IMG/VR virus record: IMGVR_UViG_3300005337_000018
Length of the DNA: 22,235 nucleotides
Origin: an uncultured virus (IMG/VR IMGVR_UViG_3300005337_000018)
Lineage: Duplodnaviria > Heunggongvirae > Uroviricota > Caudoviricetes
Direction: 5' to 3' (one strand)
Shown piece by piece: positions 1 to 9,056 of the stretch. The notes under the pieces are model-generated. The model worked only from the letters and a program-made list of their open reading frames with translations. It had not been told where the DNA came from and ran no database searches. Made by a program: the position numbers and the translations under genes. Within the stretch, counting starts at the first letter, position 1. Every line of letters starts with the position of its first letter.

Positions 1-266
1 ACCTTCACCGAGAACGGTGGAGTGACCATCGCGGCCGTGCCGACACACTGCATGATCGCCTGAGTCAGCTCCGGCCCCAGATCACCGGAGTCACCCAGCC
101 AGTTCAGCGTGATGTGCGGGGAATCATCCACCAGATCAGTGGCCGGATCCGTCTCGGCCGGAAGGGCGACGGTCAGCGCGCCGGTGTATCCGTCCGACTC
201 CTGTTCCTTCTCGACCTTGACGTAGGTGACCTCGACGTCGGACTCGGCCTCGTTCTCGTAGATCAC
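1..266 (-). CDS. 2H-phosphoesterase (2'-5' RNA ligase/Acb1-like) protein, 5' part only, runs off the window
   Basis: Not in the ORF track. GTG at 266 overlaps the portal stop (GTGA), with GGAGG upstream. Manual translation MIYENEAESDVEVTYVKVEKEQESDGYTGALTVALPAETDPATDLVDDSPHITLNWLGDSGDLGPELTQAIMQCVGTAAMVTPPFSVK; PHITL (HxT) motif, HITL at 105-116. Confidence 0.65.
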   Translation of the reverse strand, partial: MIYENEAESDVEVTYVKVEKEQESDGYTGALTVALPAETDPATDLVDDSPHITLNWLGDSGDLGPELTQAIMQCVGTAAMVTPPFSVK

Positions 267-1921
267 TGCGCAGCCTCCTGTGGGGCACCACCGGTGGGAG
301 ACAGGATGTTCCGCGCAGCGGACGGGAACGGCACCACGGAGTTGTCCAGCGCCTCGTCACGCTGCTGTCCCAGGATCGACGGCAGCGCGACATTGAGCAG
401 CGCCGTGGTGACCTCGGGCGGGAGTTGGCCCTTGGTTTCCAGGAGCATCAGCGCCAACTCCTCCTCGCTCGGCGCGTCGGCATCGGAGAACCCGTGTGCG
501 CGCCGCCAGGAGTCCGGCGAAATCAGGTAGCGGTCGAAGCCGTCGGAGGCATCCTGCGCCGCGTTCGGCCGGGTGACGATCTCGCTCGGGTCGTACCAGA
601 TGACGACCCGGTTGATGTCCTTGTCCTCCCAGCCGTTCGCCTTCAACACCGGCCGCAGGTACACCGCGGTCAGCGAGTCGGACAGCACCAGGGCCAGTGG
701 CTCGATGTTCGCCTTGTACAGATCCTCGGAGATCTGCACGGCGTTGGAATACTTCACGTTGGCCAGTCCGGTGACCACTTCCTTGGGCACATCAATGCCC
801 TGCAGGATGCGCTCGAGCGCCCGCTCGGCCCGGTTGACCAGCCACTCGTCGGAGCTGCGCTCGAACGTCTTGTGGGTGATCTGACTACCCAACTCACCGG
901 GCCCGGTGACGACCATCGGAACCACCGCGGCGGCCGATCCCTCGTCGGTGACCGGCGTCGTCATGGAGTCCATGAGCTGTTCCAGGAACTGGCCACCGGG
1001 ATCAGCCACGGCACCCGGGGCTTCCCCGGTCCACGGGTCATCCGGTTCGTCGGTGACCGGGTCCGGGGTGATCGTCGCGTTGGCCACCGAGATGCCGTCC
1101 GGCACGAACAGCAGACCGGCGTTCAGCCGGGACCGGGTGGCCGATCGCACGAGTCGCTGCAGCATGAGCAGTTCCTCGATCGGGTCCGCGACCGCGACCA
1201 TGGAGGAGTCGGGCTCCTTGGAATACCGCGGATGCTGCCGCCAGATCCGGGCGATGTAGGTGTCGACCGGAAGTTCCCGCGTCGTCTGGTTGGATCCACG
1301 CATGGACACCAGCGCGGGTCCGGTCGGCCGTACCTGGACCTCGTCGGTCGAGTAGATCCCCCACGTCTTGACGGTGGCTTTCGGGTCCAGCGGGTCCGGC
1401 TCCTCGAGTTGCATGAGGTAGCACTCGCCCGGGACCGACATGTTCAGCGAGTAGGACCGCACCATCGAAGCGAACGCATCGCCTACCAGTTCGGAGACGA
1501 CCCGCTGCACCTCGGCGACCTGACCCGGGGTCAGATGATCAACTGCCTCGTCGGACTCCGACGCCCGGGTGACCTCGATCGGTGCCTGGTCCGCACCCGC
1601 AACGACGGCCCCGTAGATCCGGATCCGGGACAGCACATTGGCGACCAGGTTGAACCCGTAGTGGATCTCCCCGACCCGCTCGTAGCCGGTCCACGCCTCG
1701 GACTGCCACGCGGTGAACGGACGGTTGAGCGCCGCAGTGGCGAGATTGACCCGCTCGGCCGACGCGGTGATCGTGCGCGTCTTGTTGTAAGCGGCCGGAG
1801 TTGCCCGTTGGAGCCCGGTCGGTACCTGGCGCGCCGCCGCTGTGATCGGCTTGGGCTTTCCGGAACGGTTGGATCGGGTCATCGGCCCAGCGGGCACGGG
1901 ATCACGCCGGAACAGCCCCAT
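263..1921 (-). CDS. Portal protein
   Basis: 552 aa; WQSEAWTGYERVGEIHY, RIWRQHPR..PDS and RSRLNAGLLFVP motifs typical of actinophage portals; downstream of TerL/MuF. Confidence 0.88.
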   Translation of the reverse strand: MGLFRRDPVPAGPMTRSNRSGKPKPITAAARQVPTGLQRATPAAYNKTRTITASAERVNLATAALNRPFTAWQSEAWTGYERVGEIHYGFNLVANVLSRIRIYGAVVAGADQAPIEVTRASESDEAVDHLTPGQVAEVQRVVSELVGDAFASMVRSYSLNMSVPGECYLMQLEEPDPLDPKATVKTWGIYSTDEVQVRPTGPALVSMRGSNQTTRELPVDTYIARIWRQHPRYSKEPDSSMVAVADPIEELLMLQRLVRSATRSRLNAGLLFVPDGISVANATITPDPVTDEPDDPWTGEAPGAVADPGGQFLEQLMDSMTTPVTDEGSAAAVVPMVVTGPGELGSQITHKTFERSSDEWLVNRAERALERILQGIDVPKEVVTGLANVKYSNAVQISEDLYKANIEPLALVLSDSLTAVYLRPVLKANGWEDKDINRVVIWYDPSEIVTRPNAAQDASDGFDRYLISPDSWRRAHGFSDADAPSEEELALMLLETKGQLPPEVTTALLNVALPSILGQQRDEALDNSVVPFPSAARNILSPTGGAPQEAAQ

Positions 1922-1929
1922 GAGCGATC

Positions 1930-1935
1930 AGGGTA
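1930..1935 (-). promoter_or_regulatory. Candidate -10 element (TACCCT) for a near-leaderless portal transcript
   Basis: TANNNT 8 nt upstream of the portal ATG, no SD. Confidence 0.4.
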
Positions 1936-1971
1936 GCCGCTATCAGGACAGACGGAACAGCACGTCAGGTG

Positions 1972-2403
1972 TTATCGGGACCGGCTGTAGCGGGTCGGTG
2001 GGACCCCGTAGGGCCTGCTTCCCTTCACCTGAGTCTGCGCAAGATCGTGTCTCGGGTTCTGGCTGATCCGAACTCCGGCGAACGGAGACCAGTTCCGGAC
2101 GGCCCGCGCCCCGCAGGAACATCCGCCGCCCTGAGCGACGACGTAACCGCCGGATGACCCACCACGGAATGACATTCCGGAGGTGTCGGCCGGAATGTCG
2201 TAGCGGGAGATCGCGGCACCTTGCTGCCCGGATCCCTGCTGCCAGGCGAGGATGATCCCGCGATCGGTGACGATGGCCCGGAGCTTCACGCCCTTGGGCA
2301 CGGCCTCCGGCATCGGCGAGAACGCGGCCGGAGTGATGTCGGCAATCAGGATTGCGTCCTCGCCCGCTGCATAGAGCGGTGCGGTCATCGTCGTGGTGAT
2401 CAT
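1972..2403 (-). CDS. Hypothetical head-region protein with GGCSCG motif
   Basis: 143 aa, GGAGG SD upstream, collinear with the head operon. Confidence 0.8.
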   Translation of the reverse strand: MITTTMTAPLYAAGEDAILIADITPAAFSPMPEAVPKGVKLRAIVTDRGIILAWQQGSGQQGAAISRYDIPADTSGMSFRGGSSGGYVVAQGGGCSCGARAVRNWSPFAGVRISQNPRHDLAQTQVKGSRPYGVPPTRYSRSR

Positions 2404-2421
2404 GGGCTCATCCTCCCCGGG

Positions 2422-2718
2422 TCAGCTCGGTGGTGCTACCCGCTCAACCACAGCATCCGCCAGCAACGCCAAGCCTGACAAAGCAAGTATCCGCACGGCG
2501 ACCCGGCCCAGTCGGAACCGCGACAGTCCAGCGACCACGGCCGCGGCCCATATGCTCGTACACGCCGGACACTCGATCATGTACGCGGCGCGTTCCTTGA
2601 GCGAGAACTCCGGCGCTTCCCCGGCCCACTTGTCGACCTTCATCCGCAACGGCCGGGTGATCTCGTCCTGAGTGACGAGTTGAGTGAGCCGTTGCACGGC
2701 GAACACCTTGGTCAGCAT
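2422..2718 (-). CDS. DUF1360-like membrane protein
   Basis: RLTQLVTQDEITRPLR...YMIECPACTSIW motif plus hydrophobic C-terminus; ATG at 2718 overlaps the upstream stop (TGATG). Confidence 0.75.
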   Translation of the reverse strand: MLTKVFAVQRLTQLVTQDEITRPLRMKVDKWAGEAPEFSLKERAAYMIECPACTSIWAAAVVAGLSRFRLGRVAVRILALSGLALLADAVVERVAPPS

Positions 2719-2933
2719 CAACTCGCCTCTGCCTCATCCAGTTCCTTCACCAGCGCATCGCGCGTCGGATGAGTGCTGACCCGCAGCGCGCGGTTCCGGC
2801 CCGGTCGCAGGTCAACACATCGTGCCCCCGGCCCGGCATCGCATGTCGGGCAGGCCACGACCAACGCCCGCGGGATGTGATGGAGCGTGCCGCACGCGGT
2901 GCACTTGAACTCGAAGAATCGGCTTCCTGGCAT
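2718..2933 (-). CDS. Small zinc-finger protein
   Basis: CxxC (CTAC) plus ALVVACPTCDAGPGARC...HPTR, a common actinophage Zn-finger pattern. Confidence 0.75.
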   Translation of the reverse strand: MPGSRFFEFKCTACGTLHHIPRALVVACPTCDAGPGARCVDLRPGRNRALRVSTHPTRDALVKELDEAEAS

Positions 2934-2934
2934 G

Positions 2935-3096
2935 TCATTCCTTCCCGGTCAGGATGGCCAGGGCGATAGCGCCCATGCCGAACCCGACGGCGATCGCGGC
3001 CCACGCCGGATCGAAGATCGCAGCAACTGCTGAAGCAGCCGTGACGATCACCAGCGCAACTGTGGCGACCGGCAACCAGCGCACGCCCTTCAACAT
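2935..3096 (-). CDS. Small 2-TM membrane protein (53 aa)
   Basis: MLKGVRWLPVATVALVIVTAASAVAAIFDPAWAAIAVGFGMGAIALAILTGKE; ATG at 3096 lies 6 nt after TACACT. Confidence 0.75.
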   Translation of the reverse strand: MLKGVRWLPVATVALVIVTAASAVAAIFDPAWAAIAVGFGMGAIALAILTGKE

Positions 3097-3102
3097 CCCG
3101 TG

Positions 3103-3108
3103 AGTGTA
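3103..3108 (-). promoter_or_regulatory. Candidate -10 (TACACT), leaderless promoter
   Basis: TANNNT 6 nt upstream of ATG 3096, in an AT-richer intergenic spacer. Confidence 0.55.
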
Positions 3109-3116
3109 TAGGCCAC

Positions 3117-4100
3117 TTAACTGGATCCACCGAACAGCGCGGCGTAGACCTTCTCGCGGCGCGCCCGGTCTTCTTCCCAGCGCTGCATCTCGGCCTCGCG
3201 CCTGGCCATCTCGTCGTGCGGCAGGTCCCCGCGACGCTTCTTGATCCAGTACGCCGGGAGGTAACTCTGCTCCGGACCCTCGGTGGAGCGCCGGGTGAAC
3301 GTCAGGAAGCACCGACAGTTGATCGTCTCGTCCAGCGGAGCACCGAGTGACACGTCACCGGGGAAGTTCATCTTCGCGCCGTGGATCGAGACGAACGGTT
3401 CGCCGATCGGCACCGAATGACTCTTGTAGCTCGTGGCCCCCAGGAATTGGTGACTCGGCCGGACGTGGGAGTCGCCGACGCTCTGCCAGTTCTTCCACAG
3501 GGTCGGACGAGTCCCCTTGATCGGCGCGGTGTCCAGGTCGTGCTCGAGCACGGCGTTCATCTGTGCCGCGTTCCGGCCGGTGACGGCCAGCATCTCGGCC
3601 AGCGTGGTCGGCGGATTGGAGCGGTCCGGCAACGTGCGCTCGGCGCGCCGGACCGGCCCGGTGTTCTCCGGGTTGGTGCGCATCAGATCCGCAGGCGTGG
3701 CCGCCGGATTCGCGTCGTGTCGTTGGTAGAACTGCAACACGTTGACCAGTTGGTTCATCATCGTGTCGACGGCGGCCAGGCTCGATGACTGCGCATAGGG
3801 CAGGAGCCGGTTGGCGTCCCGGTCCCGCACCCGTTGCCGGGCCAACGCTCGTTGTGCGACCTGCAGGAAGGCTCCACCGGCCAGCGCATCCAGCTTCAGC
3901 GCCTTCATCCACGCCGATGCCGGTCCGACGATCCGGCCCTTGGCCGTGCGGTAGGCGAGGTACGCGGCGAACACCGCCAGCAACGCTGGGATCAGCGCGC
4001 TGCCGTCCTCCTCGACCGCGGCATTCTCGGCATCGGCCGCAGCCTGTTGGGCAGCGGTGAGCCGGGTCCGCGGAGGTGGGGTCTGCTCCGGGCTAGACAC
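3117..4100 (-). CDS. MuF-like (SPP1 gp7-like) minor head protein
   Basis: KNWQSVGDSHVRPSH...VPIGEPF...FPGD...ETINCRC signature; GTG at 4100 overlaps the TerL end; the longer track ORF to 4760 is an off-frame overlap with TerL. Confidence 0.85.
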   Translation of the reverse strand: MSSPEQTPPPRTRLTAAQQAAADAENAAVEEDGSALIPALLAVFAAYLAYRTAKGRIVGPASAWMKALKLDALAGGAFLQVAQRALARQRVRDRDANRLLPYAQSSSLAAVDTMMNQLVNVLQFYQRHDANPAATPADLMRTNPENTGPVRRAERTLPDRSNPPTTLAEMLAVTGRNAAQMNAVLEHDLDTAPIKGTRPTLWKNWQSVGDSHVRPSHQFLGATSYKSHSVPIGEPFVSIHGAKMNFPGDVSLGAPLDETINCRCFLTFTRRSTEGPEQSYLPAYWIKKRRGDLPHDEMARREAEMQRWEEDRARREKVYAALFGGSS

Positions 4101-5598
4101 CGGTCCTGATCCCCCTGCCGCGCCCCAGGATCGATCCACGGCCCCGCGGGAGCGCGGCTTGGTGCCGGGTGTCCATCTGCAGTTGTGCCGTCGGGTAGAT
4201 CGCGGAGACGCCGGTGGAACCCTGTGCGGCGGCCGACGGGAACAGCCCGGCCGCACAAGCATGGACCAGCGCGTCCATCCGGTCCGGGGAGTAGCCGGTC
4301 TCTCCGGCCACGTAGGTGGTCTGCTGATCTTCCAACTCCGGCATCCGGTTGATGTGGTGGATCCGGCCCTGCTCGTAGGCGGCCCCGACCGGCTCGGCAC
4401 GGACGGCCTTGGCCTTGGAGGACCACACGGCAACGTAGTTCGGTGGCGGCAGACCGGCCGCGACCGCAGCCTGATTGACGTTCTGCCGGACCAGCCCCAT
4501 GCCCTGGTTGACCTCGGCGACGACCGTGGCCTGGTACTTGAACGCGGCCTGCGCCACCCGGTCGCCCCAGTTCGCCGGGGACATCCGGCCGGACAGATCC
4601 TCGACCACGAACGCATGGCGACGCAGGATCGGGAACGACCGGTTGACGAACACCACCACGATCCCGCACTCGTCCCGTGGCTTCTCGGCCACCGACGGGT
4701 CGACCCCGATGATCCGGATCCACTGCTGACCGGATGGCAACCTGCTGACCCGGTTCGCATCGATGATCATCTGCGAGATCATTGCGCCTTGGACCTCGTC
4801 CAGCAGTTCGCCGTCCAGTTCCTGTCGGCCCAGTGTGGTGCCCTCGTACAGCCCGAAGATCACCTCGCGGTAGATCTCCGACAGGTGGACGTTGTCGCTC
4901 GTCCGGCCCCGCCGAAGGATCACCTTCCCGTTGTCGCCGGACGCAGAGTCGGCAAGGATCTTGCGGATCGCGGGGACCCGTTTGGGAGTCGTGGTGGCGA
5001 GGATCTGCGGTCGTTTCCCCAGCCGGGTGGCGATCCGCAGGTTGTCCCACGCAGTCAGTTCCCCGGCCCCGACCCGCTGCCGGTAACTGGCCAACTCGTC
5101 GGCCCAAGAGATGTGGAATGCCGGACCGCGCAACTGGTCCGGCTCCTCGGCCGAGAAACACAGACAGACCCCGCCGTTCGGCAACTCCACCCGGCGTCGG
5201 CTGGGGATCCAGCGAACCTGGTCCACCATGCTGGGCGGCCAGATGTTGAGGAGTCCCGACGGTCCTTCCAGCATGGTGTCCCGGACGTCACCGGCAGTCC
5301 TCCCCAACAGCGCCACCCGTAGGTGCCCATCCCCGCGCTCGAGCTTGGCCCAGTTGCCGTCCAGTTCCCGTAGCCATTCCCCGCCGCACCGGGTCTTGCC
5401 CCACCCGCGTCCGGCCATGGCGAATGCCACGGTGAAATCGGCATCCGGCTCGTCATCCTGGACAGGCAGGATCTGGCTCGGTCGGCCGGTCCAGCGCCAG
5501 TCGTAAGCGAGCTTGTCCAGATCCAGCCCGGCGAGAACGGCCTCCTGCTGCTCCTCCGGGAGCAGCGCTACCTGTTGCTCGACCGACAGGTCATCCAT
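4093..5598 (-). CDS. terL: Terminase large subunit
   Basis: Walker A AGRGWGKTR, Walker B SWADE, TTTP coupling motif, RNase H-like GVDPS / DECGIV / PDRMDAL. Confidence 0.96.
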   Translation of the reverse strand: MDDLSVEQQVALLPEEQQEAVLAGLDLDKLAYDWRWTGRPSQILPVQDDEPDADFTVAFAMAGRGWGKTRCGGEWLRELDGNWAKLERGDGHLRVALLGRTAGDVRDTMLEGPSGLLNIWPPSMVDQVRWIPSRRRVELPNGGVCLCFSAEEPDQLRGPAFHISWADELASYRQRVGAGELTAWDNLRIATRLGKRPQILATTTPKRVPAIRKILADSASGDNGKVILRRGRTSDNVHLSEIYREVIFGLYEGTTLGRQELDGELLDEVQGAMISQMIIDANRVSRLPSGQQWIRIIGVDPSVAEKPRDECGIVVVFVNRSFPILRRHAFVVEDLSGRMSPANWGDRVAQAAFKYQATVVAEVNQGMGLVRQNVNQAAVAAGLPPPNYVAVWSSKAKAVRAEPVGAAYEQGRIHHINRMPELEDQQTTYVAGETGYSPDRMDALVHACAAGLFPSAAAQGSTGVSAIYPTAQLQMDTRHQAALPRGRGSILGRGRGIRTGV

Positions 5599-5599
5599 G

Positions 5600-6205
5600 T
5601 CATTCCCTGGCGATCAGGGCGATGTCCATGCCGGAGTACGCACCGTTCGACGTCAACGTCGCCGACCCGCTGGCGTTCGCCACCACCTGGAACTGAACCA
5701 CCGAGTTGGCCGGAACCGACCGGAAGGCCCAAGCACCATAGGACGTGCTCGCCGCCCGGATGTGTTGGTAGGCCATGACCTGATCGGAAGCGTTCTCCCG
5801 CAGCTCCAACTGGACGTTCTCCCCGGCCCCCAGTGCCGTGGCGTACCCACGGAAGAACACCATGGCGAACCGGAGGTGACTCTTGGCCGAGATCACGGTG
5901 TTGCTGATGTAGCCCAGCGTTCCGCCGCCACCCGGGAATGACACGCCAGCGGCAGCAGTGTGGTACCACTCCATCCGAGCGTATGCGGACACGGTATCGA
6001 TGTTGGCCTGCAAGGAGTTTCGCAGCGCGTTGTTGTCATTCGCCGCCGTGGTCTTGTTGGTGTTGATGAGCGTCGTCAGTTGCGACTTGTCCGACGCCAG
6101 CCCGGCCGCAACCGCCTTGGCCAGATCGGCGAACGCATCCGGCCCGTCCGCGACGTCCGGTAGTTCGGGCCACGGCAGGTTGTACGGTGCTCCGGTTGTT
6201 CCCAT
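5600..6205 (-). CDS. Minor tail/structural protein
   Basis: N-terminal TTGAPYNLPWPELPD..GPDAFADLAKAV typical of actinophage minor tail proteins, coiled-coil, beta-rich C-terminus; AGGAGA SD. Confidence 0.7.
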   Translation of the reverse strand: MGTTGAPYNLPWPELPDVADGPDAFADLAKAVAAGLASDKSQLTTLINTNKTTAANDNNALRNSLQANIDTVSAYARMEWYHTAAAGVSFPGGGGTLGYISNTVISAKSHLRFAMVFFRGYATALGAGENVQLELRENASDQVMAYQHIRAASTSYGAWAFRSVPANSVVQFQVVANASGSATLTSNGAYSGMDIALIARE

Positions 6206-6247
6206 CAATCTCTCCTGTTCCGGCCCGGCCTCGCGGCGGTGCCCATG

Positions 6248-6265
6248 ATTATGACCGGCCGGTCA
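6248..6265 (-). promoter_or_regulatory. Candidate -10 (CATAAT, 6248-6253) overlapped by a perfect 14-bp palindrome TGACCGGCCGGTCA (6252-6265)
   Basis: Read directly in the spacer upstream of the 6205-terL block. Confidence 0.45.
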
Positions 6266-7843
6266 CGGTAGAGCCTTGATCACCCAGATCACGCCGATCC
6301 AGGGAGGCGTGGTGTCGGTCGCTCCGGTGTTGGCCGGGGTGGTCGAGCCGGTCACCGTCGGCCCGCCGGAATCCGTCGTGCCGTCCAGCGGGGTGCCGGA
6401 GGTCTGCGCCACCGAGGAGCCGGACCCGGCCGAGTTGACCGTGGCCGTCGGGGTCCAGGACGGGACGCCCGACTTGCGGTTGACGTAGAGGCTGGGCGTC
6501 GAGGCGGCGACCGCGACCAGCGCCCAGCCGTTGCCGGACAGCGTGTGGGAGTGCGCGGCGATGGTGTGGGTGTGCGGATCGGACGTGTGGGTGTGCGTCG
6601 CCGTGCCGCCGTTGGTGTTCGGCGTGCCCCAGCGCGGGAACCGGGGCAGACCGCCGAGCGCGAAGTTGGGCACGTTGAACGTGGTCGAGCCGTCCCCCGC
6701 GCCCCAGGTCGTCCCGATGGCCGCGAACAACTCCGGGTAAGAACCGGCCCCGGAGCGCAGGTACTCACCGCCGTCGCAGCGCAGGTAGCCCGGCGCGGTG
6801 CTGTTGCTCGGTCCACCCCACGGGCAGATGATCCCGACCGGCGTGGCGTCCCGTGCCGGGTTCAGCGCAACCCAAGGACCGAATGACGCGGATGCCAGCG
6901 ACCGGAAGTACATCGCCTGCGTGGTGATGTTCGACTGCATCCACCACTGGTTGGCCACCGTGTTCGTTGCCGACTTGACGGTCATCACGGTTGCGCTGGC
7001 GGCGATCGGCCACCCGCCGTCGGCCTGCGCCTCAGCCAGCGTCACCGAGAAGATCGACACGCCGATCGGGTAGGAGACAGAGCCTGCTGCTGATGGCACC
7101 GGAAGGATCGTGCGAGCAGCCGGGTCCGTCCACGCCGTGTTGAAATCGGTCGCGTCGACCTTGGTCAGTACCTGCGCGGCAGCACCGCCCGCCGGGACTC
7201 CGGCACCACTGCCTGCTGGCCCTTGCGCTCCGGTGTCGCCCTTATCGCCCTTGTCACCCTTCGGCCCGGTTGCTCCGGTATCACCCTTCGGACCTTGCGG
7301 GCCGGGAACGGGTCGCAGGAAGGCGACGCGAGTCTGCTGCCCGGTGGTCGGGAACCCACCGAAAAGCGTGCTGTACAGAACCACCGTCGTAGAAGCCCCG
7401 ACGGTGATCGAGGTGATCGTTCCGGCCAAGCTCTCGCCGACGGTCATCCCGTCCAGTTGGATGATGTCGCCCGCGACGACCGTCGCCAGGGTGCTCGCCC
7501 AGTTGGTGCCGCCCACGTCGAGATTGGACATCTCGACCCGACCGATGGTCGCGTAATACTCGCCCGAGCCCGGGGTCGAGCTGAGGGTCCGGTTCCAGTA
7601 TTGGATGAGAACCCGCGACCCGCCGTACAGGCCGGTGGTTCCCCTGTCGCCCTTCGGTCCGGTCGGCCCCGGCACAGTCGAATCTGCTCCGGTGTTTCCA
7701 GTCGCGCCGGTCGCGCCGGTGTCACCCTTCGGTCCTTGACTGCCGGTCGCGCCAGTCGCACCCGTGTCGCCCTTCGGGCCCTGCGGACCCTGAGATCCGG
7801 GATCACCCTTGGGACCCTTGATGTTCCCAGTCAGCGTCGCCAC
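6263..7843 (-). CDS. Tail fibre-like protein: collagen repeats plus tail-collar domain
   Basis: GXY repeats; PVGIICPWGG...GYLRCDG...YPELFAAIGTTWGAGDGSTTFNVP tail-collar motif; TH(T/S)H repeats and terminal PPWIGVIWVIKA; GTG at 7843 gives MATLTGNIKGP, paralleling the neighbour's [11 protein letters not shown]. Confidence 0.85.
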   Translation of the reverse strand: MATLTGNIKGPKGDPGSQGPQGPKGDTGATGATGSQGPKGDTGATGATGNTGADSTVPGPTGPKGDRGTTGLYGGSRVLIQYWNRTLSSTPGSGEYYATIGRVEMSNLDVGGTNWASTLATVVAGDIIQLDGMTVGESLAGTITSITVGASTTVVLYSTLFGGFPTTGQQTRVAFLRPVPGPQGPKGDTGATGPKGDKGDKGDTGAQGPAGSGAGVPAGGAAAQVLTKVDATDFNTAWTDPAARTILPVPSAAGSVSYPIGVSIFSVTLAEAQADGGWPIAASATVMTVKSATNTVANQWWMQSNITTQAMYFRSLASASFGPWVALNPARDATPVGIICPWGGPSNSTAPGYLRCDGGEYLRSGAGSYPELFAAIGTTWGAGDGSTTFNVPNFALGGLPRFPRWGTPNTNGGTATHTHTSDPHTHTIAAHSHTLSGNGWALVAVAASTPSLYVNRKSGVPSWTPTATVNSAGSGSSVAQTSGTPLDGTTDSGGPTVTGSTTPANTGATDTTPPWIGVIWVIKALP

Positions 7844-7847
7844 GGAA

Positions 7848-8444
7848 TCACGCGCCCGCAAGGACGAAGACGTCTCCGGTGGTGGTGTTCAGGTAGTGAT
7901 CCCCGGCGATCGATCCCGCGATCGGCTCGACCGGGTTGGCCGTACCGGAGTACCAGCCGGTGCCCCGTGGTCCTGTCGGACCGGTCGAACCCGGAGTACC
8001 GGGGACACCTTGGGTACCGGTGTCACCTTTCGGACCCTGTGCGCCGGTTGCGCCGTCGGCACCGGCCGGACCCGTCGCTCCGGTATCACCCTTCGGACCT
8101 TGCGGGCCGGTCGGACCGGCCGGGCCGGTGATGTTCCCGGCGTCCGTCCACGAGTCACCGTCCCAGACCCACAGGTGGCCGGTGTCCGAGGTGATGTAGC
8201 CGTCGCCCGCGTCGTCCGGACCGAGATCTCCGGGCAGGGATCCGGAGTCCGGCACCGACCCGACGATGGTGACGCCGGTGCCCGGATCACCCTTGGGACC
8301 TTCAGGACCCTCGGGACCCTGTGGACCCGTGGCACCCGGATTGCCGGGAGGACCCTGGGCACCGGGTGTGCCGGGGGTACCGGGGGTTCCAGCCGTCCCC
8401 TGTGGCCCCTGGGGACCCTTCAGATTGCCGACCAGCGTCGCCAT
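7848..8444 (-). CDS. Collagen-like fibre protein
   Basis: Two GXY runs separated by [25 protein letters not shown]-terminal [22 protein letters not shown]. Confidence 0.88.
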   Translation of the reverse strand: MATLVGNLKGPQGPQGTAGTPGTPGTPGAQGPPGNPGATGPQGPEGPEGPKGDPGTGVTIVGSVPDSGSLPGDLGPDDAGDGYITSDTGHLWVWDGDSWTDAGNITGPAGPTGPQGPKGDTGATGPAGADGATGAQGPKGDTGTQGVPGTPGSTGPTGPRGTGWYSGTANPVEPIAGSIAGDHYLNTTTGDVFVLAGA

Positions 8445-8457
8445 GACCGTTCCTCTC

Positions 8458-8940
8458 TCACACCATCGCTATGACGCCGGGCGGCATTCCAGCGGTCGGG
8501 TCGAACGGATCGATGACTGACGTCAAGCGGTAGTAGTCACCGGTCAGCTTGTCCAGGTACAGGTCGCCGACCCGGGCAATCGGGTCCACGAACGGTTCGT
8601 CGGGCGGACCGTCCCCGGTGAACCACAACGTGCCGGGCGGGCCCGGGGTCGCACTGCCGACCGGCACCCACTGGCCACCGATCCAGGCAAGGATCTCCGG
8701 AGTGTTGGAGTCGATCCACAGATCGGTCTTGCCGTCGGCGTTCGCCGGTGACTCGGCCGAGATGATGACTTCCTCGGGAGCATCCCCGCCACCGCCGCTG
8801 CCACCGCCCTTGGCCTCGATCCAGTACGGATCCGTGTAGGACCCGGTGCCGTGGACGATCGTTGAACCGGCCGGGTCGTCCACGACCAGGCACCGGCACG
8901 TGGTGTACCGATCCCCGCCGCAGGATCCGCATCGGGCCAT
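8458..8940 (-). CDS. Minor tail/fibre-associated protein with Cys-rich N-terminus
   Basis: MARCGSCGG...CRC...GTGSYTDP N-terminus; DLWID and WFTGDGPP...[13 protein letters not shown] fibre motifs. Confidence 0.75.
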   Translation of the reverse strand: MARCGSCGGDRYTTCRCLVVDDPAGSTIVHGTGSYTDPYWIEAKGGGSGGGGDAPEEVIISAESPANADGKTDLWIDSNTPEILAWIGGQWVPVGSATPGPPGTLWFTGDGPPDEPFVDPIARVGDLYLDKLTGDYYRLTSVIDPFDPTAGMPPGVIAMV

Positions 8941-9044
8941 CCGCCGCCGTCCGAAAGTCGAGTCGGGTTCACCGGGGAGGATATGCCAGCGGAAGCACCC
9001 CGGACCAGGACGACCAGGTCATTCGGTGTTTGTTGAGCGTGCGG

Positions 9045-9050
9045 TATTCT
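9045..9050 (+). promoter_or_regulatory. Candidate -10 (TATTCT), leaderless promoter of the plus-strand island
   Basis: TANNNT 6 nt before ATG 9057, no SD. Confidence 0.55.
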
Positions 9051-9056
9051 CGCCCG

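Noticed and set aside
425..1936. 503-aa plus-strand ORF, and similar long antisense ORFs (4057-5322, 13710-14348, 17741-18388)
   Set aside because: Antisense shadows of high-GC genes; no motifs or SD, and the opposite strand carries recognisable proteins
4101..4760. N-terminal 220 aa of the 547-aa track ORF
   Set aside because: Off-frame overlap with terL, R/P/S-rich; the real start is more likely GTG 4100
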